Source of the DNA: Pocillopora damicornis
Lineage: Eukaryota
Reading direction: 5' to 3'
Assembly (NCBI RefSeq): GCF_003704095.1
Contig: NW_020843442.1
Location: forward strand, 310,001-374,000
Length of the DNA stretch: 64,000 nucleotides
Below, one piece after another: positions 10,158-23,300 of the stretch (the stretch's first letter is position 1; each line of letters opens with the position of its first letter). Position numbers and translations under genes: made by a program. Under the pieces are notes generated by a model, which saw nothing but the letters and a program-made list of their open reading frames with translations, did no database searches and was not told the origin of the DNA.

Positions 10158-13100
10158 CTAAACCTCATAGTGAAGCTTTGATAAAAAGTCTTCAACATTC
10201 AGATCTGATGGAAAATTGACGTTCCCTCCTTTGGTCTTGGATCTCTGAAACAGAAGAACACCGTAGGAAGAAATTAAACCGTCTTTGAGTATGATAGTAA
10301 ACGAAATCGTGAAAATACATTCTCAAATACAAATAAATCATACTGAGAAGTTCCAACGAGAAATTAAACATGATGTTTATAGAAAATGGCAAAAATGTCT
10401 GCCCTCTTTCGGCTTTTAAAACACTAGAGTTCAGATTTTTCTTTTTTCAACGGCATTGCTTAAACGAAAAGTGAGTATATCAGAGAGCAATTTTTGCATT
10501 CACCGAATAGTGATGTTTAAACTCGCTATCCTGTTCGCTCCTAGACCTCCTAAGATCAGCAGAAATGGTACAGTAGGAACTGTGAAATCACAGCAGTAAA
10601 GTGAGTGCCCGCCAAAGGACGATGTCAAACTTAGAATAATGAGGGGTTTGAGAGATACAGGTTTCTACTTCGTAGGAATACTTCACTCTGCTGATAAACA
10701 ATGAAGGGAGAGACTGCCTTGTCTCTTTTCTTTCCAGGTTCCCTTGCGCTTTACATCTCTACAGTCTTCATAGACTGTTCACGAATCTCCCAAACGCTGT
10801 CTAAAGTCGAGGAGAGCACGACTCCCCTGTTATTTAAATCGCTAGTCGTTCGAGGACCTGTTTTGCACTGAATATAGTTATGAACATAAACCTGCGTAAA
10901 AATGATCTAAAATCAATGTACGTTCTTTTTCTTAAAAAGTAACGTTGAGTAATAACTAAAAGATTTATTGCAACAAACCTTCGAAGGTCGAGATAATGAT
11001 CTTGTGTTCTTTTCCTTAAAACGAAACAATATGGTACATATCGGTAACATTCTTCATACTCAAATAAAGGAATTCTGTTCATTTGTGTTCTTAGTTTTGT
11101 GCTGTGTATCGTGTAATTAAATTGCAATAAAGTTTTAAATAAAGGTTTGACAGGAAAGAACAGCAGCGGAAAGGTAACAATAAAACAAAGAGAACAAAGA
11201 CGGTTCAGGGTAAAGAAAACTGTCTTAGATTAAAATCAGAAAACTAATTAACTTGACTTTTCCTCGTTTTCGCGGCCAGCGACTCTTGTGCTGCTTCAGG
11301 ATCGGGTTGCCTCGCAAATATGTAAACGGCCGTAAACGTGGAAAACGCGCCTGACCGAGTCTGGATTGGCTTTAGTTTGGCATCCGATTGGTTACTAAGG
11401 TGGCCCGAGTTTTCTACACCAACCACAAAGTCTGGTAAAACAAAACCAATTCAGTCTCTCTTACTTTCGATGTCATCTACCTACCTTTTCCCTCTCCAGT
11501 AAATCCCTTCGTCTTTTCCCTGACTGCGTTAATGAAACGCGTCCTTCTAATTCGCAATTCGATCCTGACTGTACCATCCCTGCGGAGTTTTCCTTCGTTA
11601 GATCACCACTAACCGGATTTGTTGTCAAAGAATCCGTACTTCCACTTTTGCTTTCCAGCGCCTCCGTATGAATGCCTGAGATAGGCACAGAACTCGTTAA
11701 ATCCTTCACAGAACCATTGTGAGGTATTTCATCGTTATGTTTTTCGTTTGCCTTTCCAGTGTTTCTCTGTGATTTTTCATTACTTTTAGATGCTAAATTT
11801 TGTTCTAAAGATTGTGGCTCAAGTGTTGACTCTGAAGCTAAGCGAGGCGTGGTGTTTGGTGCCCCCAGATTACTCTCTTCGGCAACCTGGTTTGTTTTTT
11901 GAGGTTCTTCAGAGTTCTTATGCTTTACTGCAAAAGTTTGTAACGAACTGGGAGCGTTTAAAGGGTGTGAAGCTTCAGAAGACGTCGTTGTAGTTGTAAT
12001 TTCTGCGTTGCTTGCCACCGATCCAGTCAGTGATGGATCGTTCACATTTCGTCCTGGACCAGTCATTGAATTTCGATCATTAGTAGAAGAGCCTGTGAAT
12101 TGTTCACGTAAAACACAAAGATCAGTTCCTATTAAAGACGTTGGAGTTAACGTGTTGAAAGCTTGTGACAACAGCGATGCACCGAATTTTTTTGCTGGGT
12201 TAGAGCGTGCAAGACTGGTGGGTAACGGAAGCTGATTAATGACTGAACTGGTGAGATTAGGAGAGGGAGCAGTGCTCCATGCGACTGGGTTCACCGGACT
12301 GTCCTGAACAGTTAGGGTACTCGACAAATGTTGGAAGGAGGGGGACGATCCAAAACCTTTGTTGCCAAGAGTGACTGTTGATGGTACATAACTTGAGGTA
12401 CTGGTAGGAAAATTGACGGTAGGAGGGACAGGGTGAAAGGTAGAACCGATGGGATTCATCAGAACAAGACTGTCGCTCTCTGGGCTCGGATGACTGGCAT
12501 GGGATTTGGGCTGTCTGGCTGCTGTGGTGGGGACACTGACAGGTGCGGTAAATGCATTAGCTACCAAGTTGGCAGATGTGACGGGTGAGTCGCCAGGCCT
12601 TGATCCTAGAGTGACGTGTGTAACTGCCGCTGGTGTTGGGCAAGGAGGGGGTCCGGCCGGGTAAGAAAGCAGAGGGGAGGATTCGGCCAAGTTACCATGC
12701 AAAGAGGAGGTTTCGGCTAGGTTACTATGCAAAGAGGAGATTCCCATCAGGTTACCAGGCAGGGGGGTTGATCTGACGACTGAATTGCAAACAGTGTCTG
12801 GAAATGCAGAGGGTGGGGTGGAAGAGCTCATAGCACTGGAACACCAAACGATAGGAGGAGCACTGGGTACAACATCAACGACAGAAGAGGAAATGAGATT
12901 CCTTTGCCTTGCGCAGTTGTTAAGTGATTGCGCAGCACATATGTTCATGCTTCTTGAAACAGTCGTGGGCGTCACAGACTGCACGTTACTGTTGCAAATG
13001 GCAGTACTGGATGAAGATGAAGATGACGAGTTACTAGCTTCCACACTTCGTTTTACGTTTCTTGCTTTTTTCTTATTTGAAGATGCTTTGTCGCTTTTAT

Positions 13101-14342
13101 CTGCTGTCATTTTCTGCCCAACGCTTTTGTTACTTTTATTGTTTCTCTTTCCACCCCTCTTGGTAGGCTCTGGTGTTCTTCCAAGATTAAAATCGAGCGC
13201 ACGAACATATGGAAAGGCTGACGTGATCAAACTGGGCCGATTGTAGGAAGAATTAACTCTGGACTCTCTGCTGTTTGTAGACCAATGGCCTTGAGTAGTC
13301 TCCTCGGGCGGGGTTTTGGGCAAATGTTTCTCAGTGCTCTGATAACTTACTGCGTGAACAGAGTGTGACTGTGTTTGAGAAGGAATCTTCTGCGGGCTGC
13401 CGGCCAGTAAGAGTAACGCATCAGTGACGATACTAGTGGCTGAAAAGAAAAATAGAAATAAATGAAAAAAATTAACTCGTGGGCGGGGGGAGGGGGAGGG
13501 GGGAGAGGGGTGGAGTTTTACGGATAAAGTAGAACATGGATGTGATTTCTATGAAATGGCTCACGTCAAGGCAGCCAGAAGTAATGTAGGGCTGCCTACC
13601 CGAGACTAACTCACAAGAGAGTTCCGATTGTTGACGCCTTAAAGTTTGTGGAAGAACTGTTGGAAGGGTGAACTATTGAAAGGTCCCAACTCAACTTTTC
13701 TTTCAGTCACCGTATTTACATGTAAATCATAAAACGGTCGCCAAAAGTATCATTCTTGTCGCGCGAAAAAAAAAAACTCCAACAAAAGAAGGGAATGTTT
13801 CCAAGATTACATGCTGTTTTAACGATCGCGTCAGAAATCGGAAGTAAGGGGGTGAAGTTGGACGTCAGTGTCACAAATTGGAGGATAGCGTTCGAGTTTG
13901 GACGGAATTGTCCGAAATCCAACGATGGTCGGACAAAAGAGATCATAATTTACCCTATCCGAATGGAAAAGTTACTCATCCCACACGTTAGGAAGGCCCA
14001 AGTTTCCGGCCCTTCAGTACCATCATTTGGTTTTCCTTATTCTACTGTGTTAGGCGCTTCTAAATTTTCACTTCTACATAAATATCCACACGAAACGACA
14101 AATACCTGATAGGTGCAAATCTGAAGTGGACGAGGAACTCGAGGTTAAGCTTTGGTGAATTGATGTTGGTGGTGAAATGGTGTTAACATTGGTTACCGAA
14201 TGAGATTGATTTTCTTCAGGAAAAGAGGAAACGTCGAGGGCACCTATTTAAAATAACAATAAAAAAGCTAATGACAATGCTAATGATGACAATACAGATA
14301 GTCATAAAAAATAATAAATGCAATAATAGTAATATTAATAAA

Positions 14343-14383
<41 letters not shown>

Positions 14384-17300
14384 TAATAATAGCCTAGCAC
14401 TGTCACAGAAAAATAATAATAACAATACATTTATCGATTCCCTTCAAATATGTCAATGCTGAAAATATAGTTTATTAAGTTGTACGTCCCTTTAAGAAAA
14501 ACGGTATCGTCGCCCTTGTTCACTGTTTAATTATGTCTTAGAGCTTTTCTGTTCGCGATTCAGTTTTCCTACAGTAAATTGGCTTTTTCCTTGAGGAAAA
14601 ATGACATTTCATTAAATTTCCACAAATGTTTCTGCTGTTCACGGTTTTCTGAGTTTCACAATAGAGCTTTGCATCAACCTCACGTTGAACAAAAAAAATT
14701 ACCGATACGTTAAGGAATCTTACAAATTTAACTTCACTTAGAAGACAAAATCTAAGCTTCTTTAAGGAAGATAAAAATAATTTCATTACCCGGAAGTTGA
14801 GCAGCAGATGATGGTGGCAAGCTGCAAAGTGAATCCATCGGCCGACTTGATTCAGCCGACACCTCAGCACATAAGCTTGTGTCTTCTGGAGCATGGGCTG
14901 TTGATGGTAAAGCGTCTAGTGCATCTGTTTTAATAACAAGATTCCCAAATCAGTCACTGACCGAACAATAATTGTTGGCAGACTACACAGGCTACCTCCC
15001 CACAGGACACTAAAACACTTAGGACAAGAAACCCCACCATACAGCCTAGCCTGTCGACAAGTCTACTGTAGCTTTCAAATGCTTAAATGAAAACTCTGAC
15101 GTACAAGTCACTAATGAAAGAATTCACACTCACCAAGTCCAAATACTGAGAAAAGGACATCAAAAGCTGGATCGGCCTGCATCAAATCTAAGATTTCCTT
15201 GACAGGAATGTCATTACCACCCTACATAACAAAAGTGAAGCGGAGCAATCTTTGATGAATCAACATGAATTTTAACCTAGCAGTGACCAACATCTAATTC
15301 CTTCCTACAGTAATACTGCTGAATCATTCATTTACCCTTTAACTCCCAAGATCTCATTAGAAATTCTCCTTACTGTCTCCTGTATAGTTCTTGTGATGTT
15401 AGTTTGGAGAATTTGGTAGTGGATCAACTAATAATCCCCTAATTAAGATTTCTCTTTATTCTCATCACTTGTCTGCTTGATATTGTATTGATATCGTAAG
15501 GAGAAATTCTATCTTAGTCACTCATGGGAGTTAAAGGGTTAAGACCATGAGCCCATTTCTTGAAAGTCCCGGTAACTTATTGGGCCCGAAGCCATATTTT
15601 AAAATCAAAATTTAAAGAATAGAGAAGTAAATTGTGCAACCCAACCAGTCTATTTTGTCTCTTTAGCTGACAGTTTTATTGTAAAAATTTTCAAAATCTT
15701 TGAAACCCCATCTAGAATAAAACCAGAACAGCTTCACAGGCCCATTAAGCTACTGGGATCTTTGAGAAACATGTCCCAGGTATTAAGGTGTGAAGGGTTC
15801 AAGCATTCCTGTGCCTTCTTGATAGAAACTGGTCCAGCACAAACAACCCCCATCCCTCAAACACTGATGTTATTTTCAGTAATCTTATTAAATTGCGCAC
15901 AGTGTTCCTGGGCACAACAAACGTCCACCATGTCTCTCTCCTCTCAAGGCTAAAAATCTTTATCCCCTTGGGTGCACTGTGTGAGAGTGTCTCACCCAAG
16001 AAACACAGTGCACAAGCCACAGCTTCTGCCCCACAGGGGGGGGGGGGTGTGTGTGTGTGTGCACTGTGTGAGTGTCTCACCCAAGAAACATAGTGACCAG
16101 CCACAGCTCCTACCCCATGGGGGGGAAAGCACTGTGTGAGAGTCTCACCCAAGAAACACAATGCACAGGCAACAGCTCCAAGGGAGGGGCACTGTGTGAG
16201 AGTGTCTCACCCAAGAAACACAGTGACCAGGCCACAGCTCAAACACAAACATAGTACACTGAATATTAGGCCCAAAGTTTTCCCAAGAGTACCAAAACAA
16301 CAACCACCTCACATTCACTGTAATCTGAGGAAATAGAGGAGGCTGAAAATGGTTTTCACTGTCTTATTACCTGGTTTAATGCAGTGGGCATATCATTGCT
16401 GCTTGCCTCTGTTGTCATCAAACTGTGTGAAGTATGATCGATGGGTGTTTCATCACCAACAGACTGCTGCCTTGAGCTGCAAAATAATGAAAAAGCTTCT
16501 ATTTTTGAGACACCTCCATCCAAGGGAAACAAATGTTAGTCTAGGCAGAAAAAAATGATCCTATAACACTTGTTTCTGTTCCCTTTATCAAAAGAATCCT
16601 CTGGTTAGGGAGCCCTATTTATACTCCAAGGGATATTTCCTGAATTGAAGTTCCACTATATGATCAGGTTAATAGTAACTGGAAGCAAAGAATAATGTTC
16701 CTTACCCTCCAACAACTTTGTTGATATTTTCTGCAAGTTTCTCTTGCAACAGAGGGGTACTTAGCAGTGTACCCAGGAAAGATTGCTGTAAGATTGAAAG
16801 ATTAACAACAAAAGTGAGTAATATCACTACACTGCTCATAACAGCATGAAATCTCAGTTGATTTTAAGTGAAGCCTTTGGGAGTAAAGGGGGGGGGAGGG
16901 GGATAGCCAGTTGGATTATTAGATACATTAGGAATCTCCTGAGGGTTTTTTTTATTAACATAAAACAACTTAGTGAGTTGGTATCTCTGTGCAGGTACTA
17001 AGAGTCCATCACAGGTATCCCGCTGGGCTTTTTATTACAAAGATTTCCTCAGCAACATGTTCAGGTAACTTGGCTTTCATCATGGTGTAGGGAGTGAGTT
17101 CACCACCTTATCATTTGCTTTGATACAATGTTGCTTTACCTTCATCTTTTGACTCCCAAGTCTCAGCACTGTCTTTGGAACATTCCTTACAATTTAAGAT
17201 CACAGGATTTTATGTTAAATAAAAAAAAAATCCCCTTATTAATATTTTTTTTGTTCTTCTTGTCATGCTTAAAAATGTATAAATATTGTAAGGTGAAATT

Positions 17301-20300
17301 CCTTTTTGGTTAATCCTGAGTGAGAAAGGGTGAACACATTTCTTCATGTCAATTAGGTACTGATCCTTTAAAGCACATCTTCCCTAATAAATACTTACAG
17401 GAGTCAGACCATCTGATGAACATATAAGGTCCATTTCAACTTCTGCAGATGCTGGCACCTGCTTAGAGGGTGAATTAGGGGATGCTCCTGAAGTCCTTTG
17501 AAGAATAAACAAACAAACACAATACTCTTTGAGTAAATTTGAGTTTTAATACTTACAAAAAAATTATAATTAGGTAATTTGGACAGACTACTCTATAACC
17601 AAATCTGGCTCTATGCAGGGGAGTGTTTTTCATTGTAACATAACTAATTATCATACTATGTTAATATTTCTCTAATTACTTTTAACTCTTTAAATCCCAG
17701 AGGTGATCAATAATAATTTCCATAAATTATCAAGCAAACAGATAATGAGAATACTGAAACTTATCAGGTAGAAGTTGTTATCTTGATCTAACACAAAACT
17801 CTCCCAACTAATTTACAAGAAAATGGGTAGCAGCTGTGAGGGAGAATTAACAATCAGGTTTAAGGGTTAGAAAACATTGTGATTTTGCCACAACTGCACA
17901 AAACAACATGTTGTAACTTACCCTAAGCCACCTTGAGGGGTTCTTCTCTTTGGTTGAATCCTATGAATAAAAACTAATAAATTGATTCTAGCATGACAAA
18001 AAAAGAAAAGAAAAGCAAACACTGACAAAACAATTTCTAATATAATTCAGATTAAAAAATTGAAAGATTTTAGTCAAGTTATTTTATCAGTGATTATCCA
18101 GATTTGCATATCACCTTGACTGCAATCAAAGTTCATGAATCACTATTTCAGATTAGTAATCACAGTCTTAACCCGTTACACCCCATCATCAGTATGCAAA
18201 TTCTCCATACTGTTCTAGATACATTCCTAGGGTGCTGACAAGGAGAATTTGTTTAACAATCAGGAGCTTCTTTGATTGGTGATCATTTCCTTTATTCTCA
18301 TGACCTTAATGTGTGATTCAGGGGTGATACTTAAGGGAGAAATTAGATGTTAGTCACTCTTAGGGAAAAAAGGGTTAACAGCATGCAGGGCACTTGTCCA
18401 ATGTGAGCTTAATGGGTGGCCTAACTTACCACCACCTAACTTGCTAAGCACCTGCTGGCAAAATATTATGCTCTAAGGTACGAATCCTTCTGAGGAACTC
18501 AGATTTCAAATTTGTCTTGAGCTTGTGACTATCGTTTAACAATGTCATGTTTCCTTACTTGAAAAACAAGCAAAACAGCTATTCACATTTTAAGCAGGGG
18601 GCTTTAGTCACGGATACTTTAGATGAAATGAAAGCCTCCTCACCCTTTACGTTTTGGTGAGCGTAAATGTAATTCATCATGGCTCAAGTTATGGTGAGTG
18701 TGGGCAAGAGAGTCTTCATCACTGTTCACTGTTGTCTGGTCCTTGTCCATATCCTCATCAACTACAATCACAGGAGGAGCTGTGCTCTCTGTTCTCTGCT
18801 GATCAAACTCAGTGCCCCCAGAGGAATCACCAGCTACTACATCATCGAACAAGTCTTGGACAACATTATCACTTTTGGCAAGTTCATCACTGACCCTTAT
18901 GGTGATAGGAGACTGTGTTGGAGTCACATTTATTACAGTTCTGGCTGGCTCAACATTCCCTCCAATGCATTGACTGGTTACTGTAACAGGAGATCCTACA
19001 GGAGTCAATGCTCTGGGTAAAGTTATGGGTTGCTCCTTGCTGACATTTGACTGACTACTTTGAATCACTAAGTGACGACTTATAACCTGGTTGCCTAAGG
19101 GAGAATTTTTGTTCGATGATGGTGACACATTCCATGACAATCCATTGGTTGATAACCTTGGTAAAGGAAGTTTAAGTGCTGCAGTGTTTCCAGTTGGTTT
19201 AGCAGGAGGCAGGAGAGAAGGGCTAGTTGTGGTTGTTGTTCTCTGTTCTTGGCTTTTTGGTAACGAGCTTCTTCTTGAGCGGCCATTGTTAAGTCGCCTT
19301 GTGCGAGCTGTTCAGAGAAGAAGAAGATCACAACAAGAACAATATTCATAATCATTACTTTCTCCAACCAGTATAATAGTCATTTCAAGATACTAAGAAC
19401 TACCACTTCAATCATCTCTTAAGGGTTCTTTTGAACTATTATGATAGTACAATCAGAGGCATTCAACATGTCACCAACTACAGAAATCTTGTTTCTCTCT
19501 GCTTACAATTCTGTCTCTCGTCATCCATGGAAAATTAGGTTCCTGTCTCCCCCTCCCTGCAAAATGAGCTGCAGCTTTCTATTGCGACTAGTATTTGGCA
19601 AAAAAAATTATTAAACCAAGTGATTCGTATTATCAATTTTATGCAGTTACCTGTTGGTAATTACATCTTTAATCAACAGTGAAGTCATTAAATACAAACT
19701 ATCCATAGAGGTTTCAAAGAGCTCTGTAATAAGAGGCAGTTTGAAATTCACACTCTCTTTTTTCTTGAAGTAACTTACTTGACTGACTGACTGTGTAAGT
19801 TTTTGGCGTGCTTGAAGGGATTGTAGCATATCTGAAAAAGGAGTTCTCATAATTAACCAGTAAATTATGATTTTTATCATATACAATTCTGAAATATTCA
19901 AATAGGATTCTGCAGATCTATCCAAACTTTCAAGACTATGAAAGAGAACATTAGAATTCAATAGCTTTCAAGACTCACACAGCCTTTCATGTGTGGTACA
20001 GGGATAGGCTTGTGTTTAACATGCATGAATTGGGAGCAAGTGATTTGATTTGAATGACATGAAGCCTGGCCAGATCAAGATACCGTACTCTCAAAATTCT
20101 TCACTCCACCCAGAAGTCCCATAAATGGGTAATTGTAAACTATTAAGTGGGGTTGTCATTAAGTGCCATCTGATGGGAGGATTTGCTGGATGAAAAAGTG
20201 GCAATCACCAGCTAGATTTCTGGTTGGTGATCACTCAGTAGAGCACAACAGGCACTTCTGAAGTTACGCACTCACAATCAATGAAAATTGACCACTACTG

Positions 20301-23300
20301 TTGGATTAAAAATGTTTTTAAAAATGCATGCCTAACTAACCTGAGTATTAGTGACAAAACCACAAATATAATAATTGAAATAAAACACTGTTTTGAGCTC
20401 TCATATGTCATGATTTCTTTCCATAACTTGTGTTCACCACTTAGTAAATGCCACCCATTCAAAGCCTTGCAAAAAAACTGGGACAAAAATTTGATTAACA
20501 GGCCAGGCCATAACTTGTGTTCACCACTTAGTAAATGCCACCCATTCAAAGCCTTGCAAAAAAACTGGGACAAAAATTTGATTAACAGGCCAGGTCTCCT
20601 GATGCATACAAAGTGCCAGCTTTGAGCTACCTCACTTGACATTTCAGACAGCAGCTTTAATTTTAACAACAACCCTGATCAAGACCTGTCAACAGACTCA
20701 AATCTCGCACAAAAGATCAGCATTACTTTTTAGTTCCCAGCAACCAAGCTGTGGCTGACAATACTGAAAGATACATTTTGGTTGTCACACTCACTTCAAT
20801 TGTCCAATCACAACATCCAAATCATTCCATAGTGATTTTAAAACAGCAGGGCCACTTGTCATGCCATTTTCCCTTCCTAGAGACAAAACACCAAAAAAAA
20901 AATACTAATAATGTAATGTCACATGTAAAGCCCTGTTCAAACAGTCATGATAGTTGATGTTACTCAATGATAGTTTCAACTATCATTCCCCATTGTTCAC
21001 TATCATTGACTACCATGTTTGTGTTCAAATGGTTTAGGATACCGTAGTTAGTGATAGATGACAAAATTGTGAAACCTACCCATAATTGTGTAATTGTAAA
21101 AAAATATGACAGGTGCTTAGGTCAGCAATTACAGTGGAATTTGAAATCTCAGTTCAGAACTTGCCAGTTAAAGATACTGAAGCCTACCTGGAGATGACAA
21201 GAATGAACTACGAGACATTCCACAAAATCTAGGAAGCTACTTTGGTTAATTTACCATTTGCCATTTATGTTTGAGCCCTTTTTGGCAAAAATGCTGACTG
21301 AAAAAACCATCATTCACTATCATCCGCTCATTTAAACAGCAAAAACTATCATCAACTATCATGTCAAATTTGAACATGTCTAAAGTACACAATAGCTGAT
21401 GATAGTGCATGATGGTTTGTGTTCAAACATGTGTGATGGTTGAAACTATCATCAACCATCATAACCGTTTGAACAGGGCTTACACCTCTCCGTTGTTGAG
21501 AAAGATTGACATAATTATAACCAAAAAAAAACCTAAAAGACCCCCACAATCCTGTAAGATGTTAACAATGGACCTCTAAGCTTCATGATTCCAACTATCT
21601 CTCCCAAAAGCCCCTTTAATTCCTTGTGTCTACTTGCTAAAAAAGCATTTCAGTTTTGAGGAAAAACAACCAGTTAAGGTTACCGTCAACAAAATATGGT
21701 GAATTCAGAATAAAAATTGTTCTACGTGTGCTACTTTTATTAATAGAAACCAAAGAAAAATACATATCATTGTCAAGCCTAAAAGTATGGATTTTTAAAA
21801 TAATAGAAGTTTTCAGTGTTAAGTGTATGCAAGCCTTAAACCACCAATTAGCCGCCATTTGCTTAACTGAATTACAAACCTCCACATTACCACAGACAGC
21901 CAAACAAACGGAACTGCATCACTCAGCAGATAATAGGCTGACAAAGTGTGTGACATTTTTTGATATTCCTATTGGTTCCTGAGAAAATCTTTTTTGAAAT
22001 TGGACAAAATAAAATAATTCATATTTTGTCATGCAGCAGTTAATTTAATTCTCACACATTTTGGCATGTTAATGTATGACAGATTTTCTGGCCAAGTTTC
22101 ATCAAAATCTGAAAAATCTACATACCCTATTAGTTTGTTTACATGGAGGTAAATCACCTAAAAATAAATCTTGAAAATTCGGCCACAAAAGAAATTCACA
22201 ATTTCCACACCTCATTTAGGCACGTGCCGATACGGTCATACCACCCACCAATGAAATACAACATTGAACCCCTGGCAAAGCTCGTCACAAAGGAGTCTGT
22301 CAAAATTCTCAGGATGGGTTATTTTGTGACCTTACTGAGGAAAATCAATTTACAATGGAGAAAAGAATTTACACTGGATAAAAGGAAGTCCAAAAGTTCA
22401 TTGGGAAAAAAAAAATGGGCAAAGAAAGCCAGGGAATAAGAAAAACCTAACTTTAATTTCTTTGACATGAGCTTTCTCTAGTTTTTACCCAAAGCAAATT
22501 TTCTTGTTTTGGCTGTTTCATGAATACTCCTCTTTCTCAATATTTTGCGTAATGTGCTAGAAATTCCCTTCTGTGTAATGCATGACGTGATGTAAACAAA
22601 ATATGCACATCAAGATGCAGGACAAAAGCCTGTGGAAAAGGTCATTACTCGGCTGGATGCCGTTTGGTTTATGACCCCTTTTGCTATTCTTACCAATTCC
22701 TCTATAAGACTCTTTCAGCCGTGTCTTGCATTCTTTTGGAGATTTTCTAATCTTTTTTTAGCAAATTCAACTGAATGCTTTCTCTTAACTAAACAACAAC
22801 AACAAAAATTTTGACCACATTTTGTTGACAGTAACCTTCATGTTGCATGAGCAAAGCTAAAGTTCAAGTAAATTTCTGAAAAAAAAAAAAAAAAAAAAAA
22901 AGTATAAGATACAAAAAAAATTATAATTTTTTTTACCAGACCTGATTCTCGTAGTTGAGAATAATCATCTAAGATTGTTTTAAGGTCAGCTGTAAGAAAG
23001 ACCTGCAATTGTAGATGGAAAGTCATTCAGACACAACAAAGAGGCTAAGTACTACGATTAGAGGAAAGGAAGACGCCATTTAGCACATGGGAGGACAACT
23101 GTACCGTGAAACTCTTGGATCTTGAAAACTATTAAATATATCAATCCTGTCAACTTATCAGAATTTCTGATGATCTGTTCAACAAATCTGAGACTTATTT
23201 TTGAATTTTGTCTAAGGGCCTTTCCACACTGATGAAAAAGTTGTTTATTTAGACAAATTTTCTGTCATCACCAACATCTTACAAGCGCAGATTGTTTGTC

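Noticed and set aside
11244-11426. Possible extra NPAT exon before the terminal exon
   Set aside because: The open frame needs a phase-2 acceptor but the upstream donor is phase 0, and most of the ORF lies in a dispersed repeat.
11790-13246. Plus-strand ORFs overlapping NPAT exon 13 (and similar antisense ORFs over FoxO and REV3L exons)
   Set aside because: Antisense shadows of real coding exons, with no independent homology or splice support.
14216-14462. Poly-L and poly-N ORFs
   Set aside because: Translations of the (AAT)n microsatellite.
15974-16245. Repeat-spacer-like array resembling CRISPR
   Set aside because: The spacers are related to each other and irregular in length, the unit is SINE-derived, it sits in a eukaryotic intron, and there are no cas genes.
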